Of a stretch of 64,000 nucleotides of DNA, positions 1-15,494 are shown one piece after another. The stretch lies in the NCBI RefSeq assembly GCF_009914755.1, contig NC_060933.1; one strand, written 5' to 3'. This DNA is from the human T2T-CHM13v2.0 reference genome, Homo sapiens. Every line of letters starts with the position of its first letter. Position 1 is the first letter of the stretch. The translations under genes and the position numbers were made by a program. The notes beneath the pieces were generated by a model that saw nothing but the letters and a program-made list of their open reading frames with translations, searched no databases and was not told where the DNA came from.

Positions 1-880
<880 letters not shown>

Positions 881-1107
881 AAAGATCCCACTGCTTTGGT
901 AGTGACAAGACCCCTATGAAATACTAGGTGTAGAATTTCATGGCCCATTCCGTTTTTCTGCTGTACCACACACAGCCTCATAACATTTCAATAACCATCT
1001 TCAGAAATGAGCCTTATGTCATCCTCTCCCTGTCAGCCCCCACATGATATCGTAGCATGAAGGTTTCCTGAGTTTGGTAGTCTGAAACAATCTCTCTTCT
1101 CCCTCCA

Positions 1108-1445
1108 TGATGCAGTGGAAAGAGCATGGAATTGGAATAATTCACTCAACTATATTTATTGAATGCCTTCTCTATGCCAAGAATGTGACCAGGACCTAGG
1201 AATACAAAAGTGAGTGAAGGACGTTATCCTGGTTTTTACAGTCTATTTGGACTTGAATCTTGCAACTTATCACTTGTATATCTCAGACAAATCATTTTGC
1301 CTCTCTGATACCCCATTCTCTGATCTTTAAAATAAGGGTAAATTCAATTTTTTAAAGTCCTAAGAATTAATTAATGTATAAAAATGTAAATCTTCTGGCA
1401 CATTTCTGACAAACAGCAGGCATTCGCTCAATAAACGTTAATATC
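1108..1445. mobile_element. Degraded MIR with an embedded L2 3' end
   Basis: MIR-like start GCAGTGGAAAGAGCATGG and core (~1250-1340). L2-tail-like TTCACTCAACTATATTTATTGAATGCC at ~1140. Confidence 0.55.
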
Positions 1446-1697
1446 TTCCCTCTAACTTCTAAGGATTATTGTGAAAATCAAGTAAGATAATGGATATAAA
1501 ATTGTGTTGTGAATTGGAAGCATATGTTATAGTTACAGATGAAGTTGGAGTTTTAGAGGGTCTACAACTTTCCTCACCTTTCAAGTTCAATTCTAATGAG
1601 AAGAGGAAGACACCTCAGGATTAAAGTAGCTATTTAGTTACTGATAAAAGCTGGTTTAGAAGTTGATTTTGATGTGCTTCCCATTCCTTTACTTCAG

Positions 1698-1762
1698 AGT
1701 GCAACTTCCCTGCTCAGGCACAGGCATACTGGAATAGCTACAAGTTTTACCCACTGGAACAG
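1698..1762 (+). other. Candidate 65-nt exon (cryptic or non-coding)
   Basis: Acceptor tgcttcccattcctttacttcag| and donor CAG|gtaatt in non-repeat DNA. No recognised protein. Confidence 0.2.
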
Positions 1763-3052
1763 GTAATTTATTTCAAGGCAGAGAGCAAAGAGAATAAATG
1801 TTTTCTGCAGGGAAGTGGAGAAGCTGTGAAGGGGTAGAGCTACCCATGGCTAATTCTGTTTTCAAACTCACCTATCAAGTAAATTGCTTGACCTCATGTG
1901 GAAGAGAAACTGCAAATGCTAATTTTTGAAAACTTCTCTGCATGGAAAGGAAATAGAAGGCCAAAAAAATATATGTTTCTCCAACAGATACATACATATT
2001 CCTGTGAAAAAACCTCAAATCAGCCTCCTTCCTCCAACTTCTCATTCTTTTTTTTTTAACTTCTATTTTAAATTCAGGGTTACATGTGCAGGTTTGTTAC
2101 ATAGGGAAACTTGTGTTATGGAGATTAGTTGTACAGATAATTTCATCCCCCATGTATAAGGCCTAGCACCCATTAGTTATTTTTCCTGATCCTCTCCCTC
2201 CTCCCATCCTCCACCCTCTGATAATCCTCAGTATGTATTGTTCCCCTTTATGTGTTCATGTGTTCTCATCATTTAGCTGTCAATTGTGAGTGAGAACATG
2301 TGATTTTTGGTTTTCTGTTCTTGTATTAGTTTGCTAAGGAGACTCCAGCTCCACTAATGTCCCTGCAAAGGACCTGATCTCATTCTTTTTAATGGCTGCA
2401 TAGTATTCCCCTGTGTGCATTTGCCACATTTTCTTTATTGAGTCTATCATTGATGGATATTTAGGTTGATTCCATGTCTTTGCTATTATGAATACTGCTG
2501 CAATTAACATACCTGTGCATGAATCTTCATAAGAGAACAATTATATTCCTTTGGGTATATACCCGGTAATGGGATTGCTGGGTTGAATGGTAGTTCTGTC
2601 TTTAGGTCTTTGAAGAATCACCACACTGTCTTCCACAATGGTTGAACTAATTTACATTCCCACCAACAATGTGTAAGTGTTCTTTTTTTTCTCCACAACC
2701 TTGCCAGCATGTTATTTTTTGACTTTTTGATAGTACCCACTGTGACTGGTGTGAGATGGTATATCTCATTGTGGTTTTCATTTGCATTTCTCTCAGTGAT
2801 GTTGAGCTTTTTTTTCATACGATTGTTGGCTGCATGCATGTCTTCTTTTGAAAAGTGTCTGTTTATGTCCTTTGCCCACTTTTTAACGGTGTTATTTTTT
2901 TTCCTTATAACTTTTTTTTTTAAGTTCCTTATAGATGCTGGATATTAGACCATTGGATGCATAGTTTGCAAAAATTCTTTAGGTTGTCTTTTTACTCTGT
3001 TGATAATTTCTTTTGCTGTGCAGAAGCTCTTTAATTAGATCCCATTTGTCAA

Positions 3053-3346
3053 TTTTTTTTTTTTTTTGAGACAGAGTCTCGCTCTGTCATCAGGCTGGAG
3101 TGCAGTGTCATGATCTTGGCTCACTGCAACCTCCGCCTCCCATGTTCAAGCAATTCTCCTGCCTCAGTCTCCTGAGTAGGTAGAACTACAGGCGCACGCC
3201 ACCATACCCAGCTAATGTTTGTATTTTTAGTAGAGACGGGGTTTCACCATATTGGCTAGGATGGTCTTCATCTCTTGACCTTGTGATCCACCCGCTTTGG
3301 ACTGCCAAAGTGCTGGGATTACAGGTGTGAGCCACCATGCCTGGCC
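3053..3346 (-). mobile_element. AluS (AluSc-like)
   Basis: Full dimeric Alu with poly(T). TSD CCCATTTGTCA(A/G)TTTTT at 3041 and 3347. Confidence 0.93.
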
Positions 3347-5493
3347 CCCATTTGTCAGTTTTTGCTTTTGTTGCAATTGCTTTCAGTATATTTGTCATCA
3401 AATCTTTGCTTGTGCTTGTGCCTAGGTTGTCTTCCAGGGTTTTTATAGTTATAGGTTTTACATTTAAGTCTTTAATTCACCTTGAGTTAACTTGTATATA
3501 TGGTGTAAGAAAGGGGTCCAGTTTTAATCTTCTGCATTTGGCTAACCAGTTATCCCAGCACCATTTATTGAATAAGTAATCCTTTCCCCATTGCTGGTTT
3601 TTGTCAGGTTTGTCAAAGCTCAGATAGTTATGGGTGTTCAATCTTATTTTTTGGTTCTCTATTCTGTTCCAATGACCTATGTGTCTGTTTTTTTCTATCA
3701 ATACCATGCTGTTTTGATTACTGTAGTCCTGTAGTATGGTTTGAAGTTGGGTAGCATGATGCCTTTAGCTTTGTTCTTTATGCTTAGGATTGGCTATTCT
3801 GGCTCTTTTTTTTTGTTCCATATGAATTTAAAATTTTTTTTTCTAGTTCTGTGAAGAATCTTGATGGTAGTTTTATAGACATAGCATTGAAACTATAAAT
3901 TGCTTTGGACAGTATGGCCGTTTTAATGATGTTGATTCTTCCTATCCATGAGCATGGAATGTTTTTACATTTGTTTGTGTCATCTCTGATTTCTTTGAGC
4001 AGTGGTTTGTAATTCTTCTTGTAGAGATCTTTCACCTCCCTAGTTAGCTATATTTTTAGGTATTTTATTCTTTTTGCAGCAGTTGTTAATGGGAGTTTGA
4101 TCCTGATTTGGCTCTTGGCTTGACTGTTGTTGGTGTATAGGGCTAGTGATTTTTGCACATTGATTTTGTATCCTGAGACATTGCTGAAGTTGTTTATCAG
4201 CTTAAGTAGCTTTTGGGCTAGGACTATAGGGTTTTCTACATAAAGGATCATGTCGGCTGCAAACAGGGATAATTTCATTTCTGGTCTTTCTGTTTGGATG
4301 CCTTTTATTTCTTTAGCTTGCTTGATTGCCCTGGATAGAACTTACAATAGTATTAGAACAGGAGTGGTGAGAGAAAGCAGCCTTCTCTTGTGCCAATTTT
4401 CAAGGGGAAGGCTTCCAGCTTTTGCCCATTCAATATGATGTTGACTGTGCATTTGTTGTAGATAGCTCTTACTGTTTTGAAGTATGATCATTCAATACCT
4501 AGTTTATTGAATGTTTTTAACACAAATGGATGTTGAATTTTATTGAAAGCCTTTTTTGCACCTATTGAGATAATCATGTGGTTTTTCCCTTTAGTTCTGT
4601 TTATGTGATGATTCACATTAATTGATTTGCATATGTTGAACCAACCTTGCATCCCCGGGATGAAGCCTACTCGATCATGGTGGATAAACTTTTTGATGTG
4701 CTGCTGGATTTGGTTTGCCAGTATTTTGTTGAGGATTTTTGCATCTATGTTCATCTAGGATATTGGCCTAAAGTTTTCTTTTCTTTGGTTGTATCTATGC
4801 CAGGTTTTTGTATCAGGATGATGCTGGCCTCATAGAATAAGTTAGGGAGAAGTCCCTCCTCCTCAATTTTTTGGAATAGTTTTCAGTCAGAATGGTATCA
4901 GCTTTTCTTTGTACATCTGATAAAATTCAGCTGTGAATCTGTCTGGTCCTGAGGTTTTTTTGGTCGGTAGGCTGTTTATTATTACAGCAATTTCAGAGCT
5001 TGTTACTGGTCTATTCAGGGATTCAGTTTCTTCCTAATTTAGTCTTAGGAGGGTGTATGTGTCCAGTAATTTATCCATTTCCTTTAGGTTTTCTAGTTTA
5101 TATGCATACTGATATTTATAATATTCTCTGATGGTTGTTTGTATTTCTGTGGCGTCAGAAGCAATATCCCTCTTGTTTCTGATTGTGTTTTTCTGAATCT
5201 TCTCTTTTTTCTTCTTTATTAGTATAGGAAGCAGTCTATCTATCTTATTAGTTTTTTCAAAAAACTAGCTCCTGGATTCGTTGATCTTTTAAGTGGTTTT
5301 TTTTGTGTGTCTCAATTTCCTTTAGTTCAGCTCTGATTTTGGTTATTTCTTGTCTTCTGCTAACTTAGGGATTTGTTTGTTCTTGGTTCTCTAGTTCTTT
5401 TGGTTATAATGTTAGGTTGTTAATTTGAGATCTTTCTAACTTTTTGATGTGGTCATTTAGTGCAGTGCCATAAATTTCCCTCTTAACCCTGCC

Positions 5494-7391
5494 TGTATTA
5501 GTCCATTTTCATGTTGCTGAGAAAGACATACCTAAGACTGGGTAATTTATAAAGAAAAAGAGGTTTAAGGGACTCACAATTCTGTGTGGCTGGGGAGGCT
5601 TCACAATCATGGTGGAAGGTGAAAGGCATGTCTTATATGGTGGCAGGCAAGAGAGAATGAGAACCAAGTGAAAGGGGTTTCCCCTTATAAAAGCTTCAGA
5701 TCTTGTGAGACTTATTCACTACCTTGAGAATAGTATGGGGGAACTGCCCCTATGATTCAATTATCTCCCACCAGTTACCTCTCACAACACTTGGGAATTA
5801 TAGGAGCTACAATTCAAGATGAGATTTGGGTGGGGACACAGTCAAACTGTATCATTCTTTCCCTGACTCCTCCCAAATCTCATGTCCTCACATTTCAAAA
5901 CCAGTCATGCCTTCTCAACAGTCCCCCAAAGTCTTAGCTCATTTCAGCATTAACTCAAAAGTTCACTGTCCAAAGTCTCATCTGAGACAAGGCAAGTCCC
6001 TTCGGCCTATGAGCCTTTAAAATCAAAAGCAAGTTAGTTACTTCCTAGATATAATTGGAGTACAGGCAATGGGTAAATACAGCCATTCCAAATTGGAGAA
6101 ACTGGCCAAAACTAAGGGGCCACAGGCCCTATGCAATTCCAAAATCCAGCAGGGCAATCAAATCTTAAAACTCCAAAATAATTTTCTTTTACCCCATGTC
6201 TCACATTCAGGTTATGCAGATGCAAGTGGTGGGTTCCCACGGTCTTGGTCTGCTCTGCCCCTGTGGCTTTGCAGGGTACAGCCCCTCTCCTGGCCACTTT
6301 CACAGGCTGGTGTTGAGTGTCCATGGCTTTTCCAGGTGTGCGGCGCAAGCTATCAGTGGATTTACCATTCTGGGGTCTGGAGGATGATGGCCCTCTTCTC
6401 ACAACTTCATTAGGCAGTGCCCCAGCGGGAACTCTGTGTAGGGGCTTCAACTGCACACTTCCATTCTGCACTGCCCTAGGAGAGGTTCTCCATGAGGCCC
6501 TGCCCCTACAGCAAACTCCTGCCTGGACATCTAGGCATTTCCATACATCCTCTGAAATCAAGGCAAAGGTTCCCAAACCTCAGTTGTTGACTTCTGTGCA
6601 CCTGCATATTCAACACCACATGGAAGCTGCCAAGGCTTGGGGCTTGCACCCTCTGAAGCCATGGCCTGAGCTGTACTTTGGTCCATTTTAGTCATGGCTA
6701 GGGCATCTCAGATGCAGGGCATCCAGCCCCTAGGCTTCACACATCAGGGGGACCTGGGCCTGGCCCAAGAAACCATTTTTTCCTCCTAGGCCTCCAGGCC
6801 TGTGATGGGAGGAATTGCAGTGAAGGTTTCTGACATGCCCTGGAGATATTTTCCCCATTGTCTTGGTGATTAACATTTGGCTCCTCGATACTTATATGGG
6901 TAATAAGGAACTGGCTTGAATTTCTCCTCAGAAAATAGTTTTTTCCTTTTTGTTGCATTGTCAGGCTGCAAATTTTTTGAACCTTTATGTTCTGCTTCCC
7001 CTTTAAACTTAAGTTCCAATTCCAAACCATATCTTTGTGAATGAATAAAACTGGATGCTTTTAATAATACGGAAGTCACCTCTTGAACGTTTTGCTGCTT
7101 AGAAATTTCTTCCACCAGATGGCCTAAATCATCTCTCTCAAGTTCAAAGTTCTATAAATATCTAGGGCAGGGGAAAAATGCTGCAAGTCTCTTTGCTGAA
7201 ACATAGCAAGAGTCACCTTTACTCTAGTTCCCAACAAGTTTTCAATCTCCATCTGAGACTACCTCAACCTGGACTTCATTGTCCATATGAGCATTTTGGT
7301 CAAAACCATTCAACAAGCCTCAAATTCCAAACATTCCCACATTCTATAATTCAAAATGAGATTTGGACGGGGACACAGCCAAATGCTATCA
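5494..7391 (-). mobile_element. THE1 (MaLR) element: one intact LTR (5494-5853), internal region, and a largely deleted second LTR
   Basis: Termini TGTATTAGTCC...GCTATCA. TSD CTGCC(5489-93)/CTGCT(7392-96). The internal sequence is a reverse-complement homolog of 28623-30188. Confidence 0.92.
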
Positions 7392-7929
7392 CTGCTTTTT
7401 CTGTGTTCCAGAGATTCTGGTATGTTGTATCTTTGTTCTCATTAGTTTGAAAGAACATATTGTTTTCTGTCTTAATTTCATTATTTACCCAAAAGTTATT
7501 CAGGAATTGGAAAGGAAAAATTATATTAAAATATTCACTCTAATCACTTTTGGGTATGATTTCCAGTGATTATTATTATCATGTTTTTTGTACATTTTAG
7601 AATTTATTAATAATGTGTTTTTTAAAAACTCAACCCCCTCTCCCGCTGCCAAAAAACAAAACCCAAATACTAAAAATGGGCACAAACAAAAGCCTAACCT
7701 AGCCAAAAGTTTCTTCTTCTCTAATTCTGACAAAGTTTTCTAATGTCTTCTTTTCAGTTACATTCAGTATGAGTGATCCAAGAGACTCACTTCATGCCTT
7801 GAACATTAATGGAAGGGCGAATTACAAATATTATATGTGACCCTAAAACCCCATCTTTTCCATTATTTGTGAATAATGATAAGCCCTGGAAGTAAGGTGA
7901 AAAGTTCTAACATCTTTTCCTTCATTAGT

Positions 7930-8545
7930 GTCTTTTCACTTGTTTAAAAGCCATCTGTAGTTATGATTCTGTCAAATGTATGTTCATTGTCTTTGCCTGT
8001 GTTTTCTGTTTTTTGACATTATTGTTAACATGTAAAAGCTTTTTGTATATTAGAAAAATGACTTTATTTTCTGTAATGTGAATTACAAATATCTTCTCAC
8101 TTCTTGATTTTGTTGATAGTCTTGATAGAACATTTTTGGAAATAGAGACTTTATTTTTAAAATTAGGTTCAATTTATTTATCTTTTCTTTGAACTTCTTT
8201 GTTTTTTATACTGAGAAAGGCCTCCACTTCCAGGTTATAAAAGTTTTCTGCATTTTTTCTTCTGAGCTATTATGGTTTTATTTTTACATTTAAATATTTA
8301 TATTTTAGAATGTTTACTGGTGTAAAGGTTGAGGTGTGAGAAATTATTTTCCCCCAGATGACTCTCCAGTCTTATAATACCATTTATGGAATAATCCGTG
8401 ATTGCCTCATCTTTATCATATTCTAAGTTTCTACATGCATTTGCATTTATTTCTTGGCTTCTAATTTGTGTCAAGATTCCATTTATTTTTTCAGAGAGCA
8501 CCACATTTTAAAATTAGGTTGCTATGTTATGTATTTTAAAATATG
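7930..8545 (-). mobile_element. Highly degraded L1M (L1ME-like) fragment
   Basis: T-rich sequence resembling the antisense L1 ORF2 3' region. Confidence 0.5.
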
Positions 8546-9789
8546 GTTAGTAAAATACCATCTCTTTGTTCCCATAATACAGCATAAAAGTGAACTCAGG
8601 AGGTGGTTCTCTGTTGGAGAGATTACACATATATTTATCATTTTTTATTACAATAACTTCAGTTTTTTTAAATCAATATCACAGCTTTTGCTATTTTGGA
8701 AGGGTGCCTCTTGAAATGACATTTAGGCAAGCCTATGATTCAATTGGTGTCTCAACTATTAGCATTCTAGGATGCAGTTGTATTTCAAGGAGGAATAATC
8801 TGGGACTGGCAATTTCACTATAAAAAACTGGTTATCATAGGCAAGCAGTGTAGCACAAGGCATTTAGGAGAAACATATATCTTTGTTCTGTATGTTTTGC
8901 TGAGACATCTTCCCAGTATCTCTTTGGACTGAGAAATATGCTGTTTTCTCAAATAGAAAAACCTAGTGATTGTGCCATCTTAGACATTTGGAATGACATG
9001 CCAACTTTGTGTGTGTAGGTGTATTGTGCCAGGTACTCAAAATAGATTATTTCAAATACTCGAGGGGCTCAAAAAATCTATTTGACAAGATAAATAATTA
9101 ACATTTCTGATTCCTTTTACTGAATTCAAGAAATAACTCCAATCTAATTTGTGATATGACAATATTTTTGGTCCATTGCTAATTTTTAGCAGTATTTATA
9201 TAGCTTTTCAAAGAGTGCTGTAACTACGGCTAGAAAAAATATCTCTGAAAAGTAAGCACCTAGAGTATGTATGTGCTTTCTGCCTTTAGTTCATATGATT
9301 CACCCCGACTTAATTTATCTTTGGGAATTTATTCCCAGGAAATAATGCAAACTATAGAAAAAAATGTATATATGCAATTTTTATTGTCATACTACTTAAG
9401 AATTAACTAAATTGAAAATAACTGAAATGCTCCCATTTAGGGGAATTTTTATATAACATAGTATTTACAGGTATGGAACATTTGTCTTAAAATAATGCTT
9501 ACAAGGAGGTTTTATGGTGTGGGATTATGCTGTTGATGAAAAGTCAGGTATTAAAAACTAAGGCTATGGAGGGTAGTCTCAGCTATTAACATTACATTGT
9601 ACTGTAAAAATGTTAGAAGGGGTTCTCTGAGAGCTGGGATTATGGGTAGTTGCTTATTAGGCTTCTCTAATCTTTGTGGCTTTTGTGAATTTTTTACAAA
9701 GTATGCAAAAATGCAATTGCTTTTAAAATATGTTTACAACACTTTCTCTTGACTTTAATCTAGCATTTCTAATATCATCCATTAATTTT

Positions 9790-10345
9790 CTTTAATATAT
9801 CTTTTTACTGAGGTACAAGTTGAATATAAAAATATAAATAAGTGAAAATTATTAAGATATTTTATATGGATAAACATCTATGTAACTACTATTCAGATTA
9901 GTATAATAGAACATTTCCACTGCCCCATAATGCTCTCTCATGCCTCATTCCAATCAATACTGCTATATGTAACTAATCACTATTTTAACTTAATTTCTCT
10001 ACAATTCATGATTGATCATATATGCATATTTGAACTTCATATAAATTGAAAAATGTAATATGTATTCTTTTGTATCTTGGTTTTTCATTAAACATTATGT
10101 TTTAAAGAGCCATCTTTACTGTTGCATGTAATAACAGCTTTTTCATTTTAATTGTTGTGCATGCTCTATATTAATAAACACATATTTTCAGTAGATCAAA
10201 ATGCTTTCTCAAAGTGGCTGTACCAATTTCTATTTTCATCAGCAATGTATAAGAGTTCTAGTTGGTCCACTTCCTTGAGTTCTAGTTGTTCCACTTTTAT
10301 CACATCTTTGGCATTGTTGGCTGTTTTAAGTTTAGCCATTCTATG
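9790..10345 (-). mobile_element. Old L1M 3' end (L1MD/ME-like)
   Basis: Antisense 3'UTR motifs, e.g. CAAAGTGGCTGTACCAATTT...CAGCAATGTATAAGAGTTC. Confidence 0.6.
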
Positions 10346-11956
10346 TAAGAGATACAATGGATTGGGAGAAACAGCAGTTGAGAAGTTGTATCCAAGGAAT
10401 CTCATCTACTTAATATTTTCTCTTAGATCACTGATGCTAATTTTTTTACTATATCTTCTTCAATTTGAGTAAGTCCTATTAATTTCTTCTTGTCATTGGT
10501 TATTACTTTTACAGATTATGTTTTGTTAAGATCCTCCAATGAATTTTTTACATCATGCATTGCAATTTTCAGTTCTATAATTTCCATTTGCTCTTTAAGA
10601 ATATTTATTACTCTCCTGAAATATGCCATGGCCTCATTCATTATATATGTCTTTTCCTATAAACATACTTATAATAGTTTTTTTAAAGCCTTTGATTACT
10701 AATTTTCATAACTGTGTCATCTCTGTGTTTGCTTTTATTGACTCTCTTTTATCTTGATTATAGGTCATATCTGGGCTATTCTTCATTTTCTTAATATGCT
10801 AGTCTTGATACTATGTACAAATGAATGCAGAGATTAAAGTATGAATTTTGTTCTCTTTATTTCTCAGAGAGTACAAAACCTCTTTTCTGTTGGGTGGTTA
10901 GGATGAGGGGCTGATCACTCATATTTCTTTTAGAGTTAAATTGATTTGGAGCTGAGATGTAATTTCAAATAGATTTACTTCAGTTACGATTGGCCCAAAT
11001 CCCAAATTCCTGTCACTGTCTTTTTACTCTTGTCAATATTTAGCTCAAATATGTTGGGATGTACTTTCAAGTGTTTGGGTTCATATTTGTAGTCAACTCT
11101 AGTAACATCTTAAAAGTCAAGCACCACAAAATTTTTGCATTATAAAGTAAATTCTCTCTCAATTTTAATCCATTTCTAATGTCACATTCTTGTATTATGT
11201 CTAGATAAGATCAACATTGCAGCTGGAGAGAGAACTTTCAACCTGAATAATGTGTTTTTGTGTTTGAGCCTCTTCCTAATTCCTAACAGTGGTTTATTTC
11301 ATGAACCCACTCTTTTTTTCTAAAGCTTGCCTGATTTCTCATTGTCTCTCCAAAGACTGAAGTTCTGCTCCATGCTATACCTCTACACAGCTCAGGCACA
11401 AACCTCTAGATATGAAAGTTCTCTGCTCTCTCTAATCGTATTTAAAGGGCTTGTTTTATTGGATTAGTATTTTCATGTTATATACTTTCTCATGCTTTAC
11501 CTTTCAACCTTTCTTTACCACTATATTTTAGAAGTGCTTCCTTTAAACTGCATGTAATCGAGTTTTAAAAATCTAGTCTGACATCTTTTGTTCATTAACC
11601 TGAACATTTAATCCATTACAATTAATGTATGTGCAGATCCATTTGGGTTGAAATTGTCTTATTTTATCTTTTCTAATTGTCCTGCCTGTATGGTGTTTAT
11701 TTTTTAGTTCTTTCATGCCTTTTTTTGTATTGAGTGTGTATACTATTTATTTATATCTTTTCAAGTATGGCATTTATCATTCTATTTTTATTCATTTAGT
11801 GGTTAATAACCCTTATAAAATAATAACATATTTTTCTTCTACTGGATAATAAAAATACATAGGTATGTAAGTCCATTCACCCCTTCCTCTTTCAGTTTTT
11901 ATGCCATTATTTTCCTAACACCACAAGGTACTTTTCTTTGGATTTGCTTTAATAAA

Positions 11957-12415
11957 TATATTAGTTCTTAGGGCTGCTGTAAGAAAGTACCACAAACTGG
12001 ATGGCTTAAGATGAAAGAAATTTATTATTTCATAGTTCTAGAAGCTAGAAATCTGAAATTAAGATGTTATTAGGGCCATGTTCTCTCTGAAGCCTCTATG
12101 GGAGGATTTTTTCTTGCCTCTTGTAGCTTCTGGTATCCCCAGGCATTTCTTGGCTTGTGGTGGCAGAGCTCCAATATTTGCCTCCAACTTCACATAGCTG
12201 TCTTTCTTCTGTTTGTGTGAATCTATCTCTTTGTGTCTCCTCTTTTCCTATAAGGATTTCGGTCATATTGGATTAGGGGCCCACTCTTCTCCAGCATTAC
12301 CTAATCTCAATTAATTACATTGGTCATGACCTTATTTCCAAATAAGGTAACATTTGAGGTACTGTGGGGTTAGTTCTCCAACATATGTTTTGAGGGAACA
12401 CAATTCAATATAACA
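11957..12415 (-). mobile_element. MLT1 (MLT1C-like) solo LTR
   Basis: TATTAGTT...GGGCTGCTGTAAGAAAGTACCACAAACTGG...CACAATTCAATATAACA. TSD ATAAA/ATGAA. Confidence 0.85.
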
Positions 12416-12771
12416 ATGAATTAATGTTTATTTAGATTTACCTATATGTTTAATATTTATGTTGATTTTTATTTTTTCTTACATCTCCTAACTTCTACCT
12501 GGGATCATTTTCTTCTGATTGGAGTACACCTTTAAATATGGATATGCTGGTTGAAAACTCTCATTTTTGTCCACAATTGTTTGTATTTCATTTATATTCT
12601 TGAATACTGTTTTTTCTGTGTATGGAATACAAGCTTGTCAGATATGTCTTTTAGAATATTGATGATATTGTTCAACTACCTCCTGGTCTCCATTGTTGTG
12701 ATTGAGAAATTAACTGTTAATTGGAAACTCTTTGGGCGATTTTATTTTTTCTGGCTTCTTTTAAGACTATG

Positions 12772-13990
12772 CCTTTATTTCTTTCTCCTGCCTGATCTTC
12801 CTTACACCTTATACAAAAATTAATTCAAGATGGATTAAAGACTTCAATGTCAGACCTAAAACCGTAAAAACCCTAGAAGAAAACCTAGGCAATACCATTC
12901 AGGGCATAGGCAAGGGCAAGGACTTCATGACTAAAACACCAAAAGCAATGGCAACAAAAGCCAGAATTGACAAATGGGATCTAATTAAACTAAAGAGCTT
13001 CTGCACAGCAAAAGAAACTACCATCAGAATGAACAGGCAACCTACAGAATGGGAGAAAATTTTTACAATCTACCCATCTGACAAAGGGCTAATATCCAGA
13101 ATCTACAAAGAACTCAAACAAATTTACAAGAAAAAAATCAAACAACCCCATCAAAAAGTGGGCCGAGGATATGAACAGACACTTCTCAAAAGAAGACATT
13201 TATGCAGCCAACAGACACATGAAAAAATGCTCATCATCACTGGCCATCAGAGAAATGCAAATCAAAACCGCAATGAGATACCATCTCACACCAGTTAGAA
13301 TGGCGATCATTAAGAAGTCAGGAAACAACAGGTAATGGAGAGGATGTGGAGAAATAGGAACACTTTTACACTGTTGGTGGGACTGTAAACTAGTTCAACC
13401 ATTGTGGAAGACAGTGTGGAAATTCCTCAAGGATCTAGAACTAGAAATACCATTTGACCCAGCCATCCCATTACTGGGTATATACCCAAAGGAGTATAAA
13501 TCATGCTGCTATGAAGAAATATACACACGTATGTTTATTGCGGCACTCTTCACAATAGCAAAGACTTGGAACCAACCCAAATGTCCATCAGTGATAGACT
13601 GGATTAAGAAAATGTGGCACATATACACCATGGAATACTATGAAGCCATAAAAAAGGATGAGTTCCTGTCCTTTGTAGGGACATGGATGAAGCTGGAAAC
13701 CATCATTCTCAGCAAACTATATCAAGGACAGAAAACCAAACACTGTATGTTCTCACTCATAAGTGGGAATTGAACAATGAGAACACCTGGACACAGGGTG
13801 GGGAACATCACACACTGGGGCCTGTCGTGGGATGGGGAAGGGATAGCATTAGGAGATATACCTAATGTAAATTACGAGTTAATGGGTGTAGCACACCAAC
13901 ATGGCACATGTATACATATGTAACAAGGCTGCACATCGTGCACATGTACCCTAGAACTTAAAGTATAATAAAAAATATTTATTTTAAAAA
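12772..13990 (+). mobile_element. 5'-truncated L1PA5-7-like element with a 25-nt inverted 5' piece
   Basis: ORF2 C-terminal ORFs at 12927-13773, 3'UTR and A tail. TSD AAGACTA(T/C)GCCTTT at 12763-12776 and 13991-14004. Confidence 0.93.
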
Positions 13991-14222
13991 AAGACTACGC
14001 CTTTGACTTTGGTTTTTGGCAGTCTTGCTTTGATGTTCCTGTATATGGATTTTTAGTGTATGTATGTATGTATATATGTATTAATTGTTTATTCATTCAT
14101 TTGTGTGTTTCAGATCCTTTGGGGTCCTTGAACCTGTAGACTGCTGCTTTTCATGAGTGGCATATTTATGAGGAAATTCTCTAAAATCAAAACAGTGAGA
14201 AATGTGGGGTTGTGGGGGATAT

Positions 14223-15134
<912 letters not shown>

Positions 15135-15494
15135 CTATCAAATATGAAAAATTTCATCTCATTATTTCCTCAATATTTTTCTCCTCCCTCATTCTGTTAT
15201 CCAATAATACTTTTGTTGGATCATTTGATATTGTCCTAAAAGTTGATTACACTCCTTATTTTTAAAATTCCTGTTTTCTTTTTGTATTTCATTTTGAATA
15301 GTTTCAATTGTCATGTCTTCAATTTCAATGATCTTTACTTCCGCAGTGTCTAATTTGATGTAATCCTTTCCAGAGCATTTTTTATATTTAGACAATTTTT
15401 TTTCTCATTTTTAGAAATTTCATTTGGGTTGTTTTATCTCTTAAATTTGTTTCTTCTTTATGTTTACTTGTTTTTCTTTATAGCCTTGAAGGCA

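Larger units (their letters stand above)
2046..7505 (-). mobile_element. 5'-truncated older L1PA (L1PA15/16-like), interrupted by an Alu and a THE1 element
   Basis: Poly(T) at 2047 and a 3'UTR of the CCCATTAGTTATTTTTCCTGATCC type. ORF2-homologous minus ORFs at 3477-4754 include [12 protein letters not shown]. The L1 resumes at 7392 after the THE1. Confidence 0.9.

Noticed and set aside
5752-7450. Cluster of 60-154 aa ORFs (also 28637-30435)
   Set aside because: These fall in THE1 LTR/internal sequence and are fragmented; they are not cellular genes.
8590-8880. Unique stretch with a minus-strand acceptor and AATAAA, as a terminal exon or retrocopy
   Set aside because: No recognisable peptide, poly(A) remnant or TSD.
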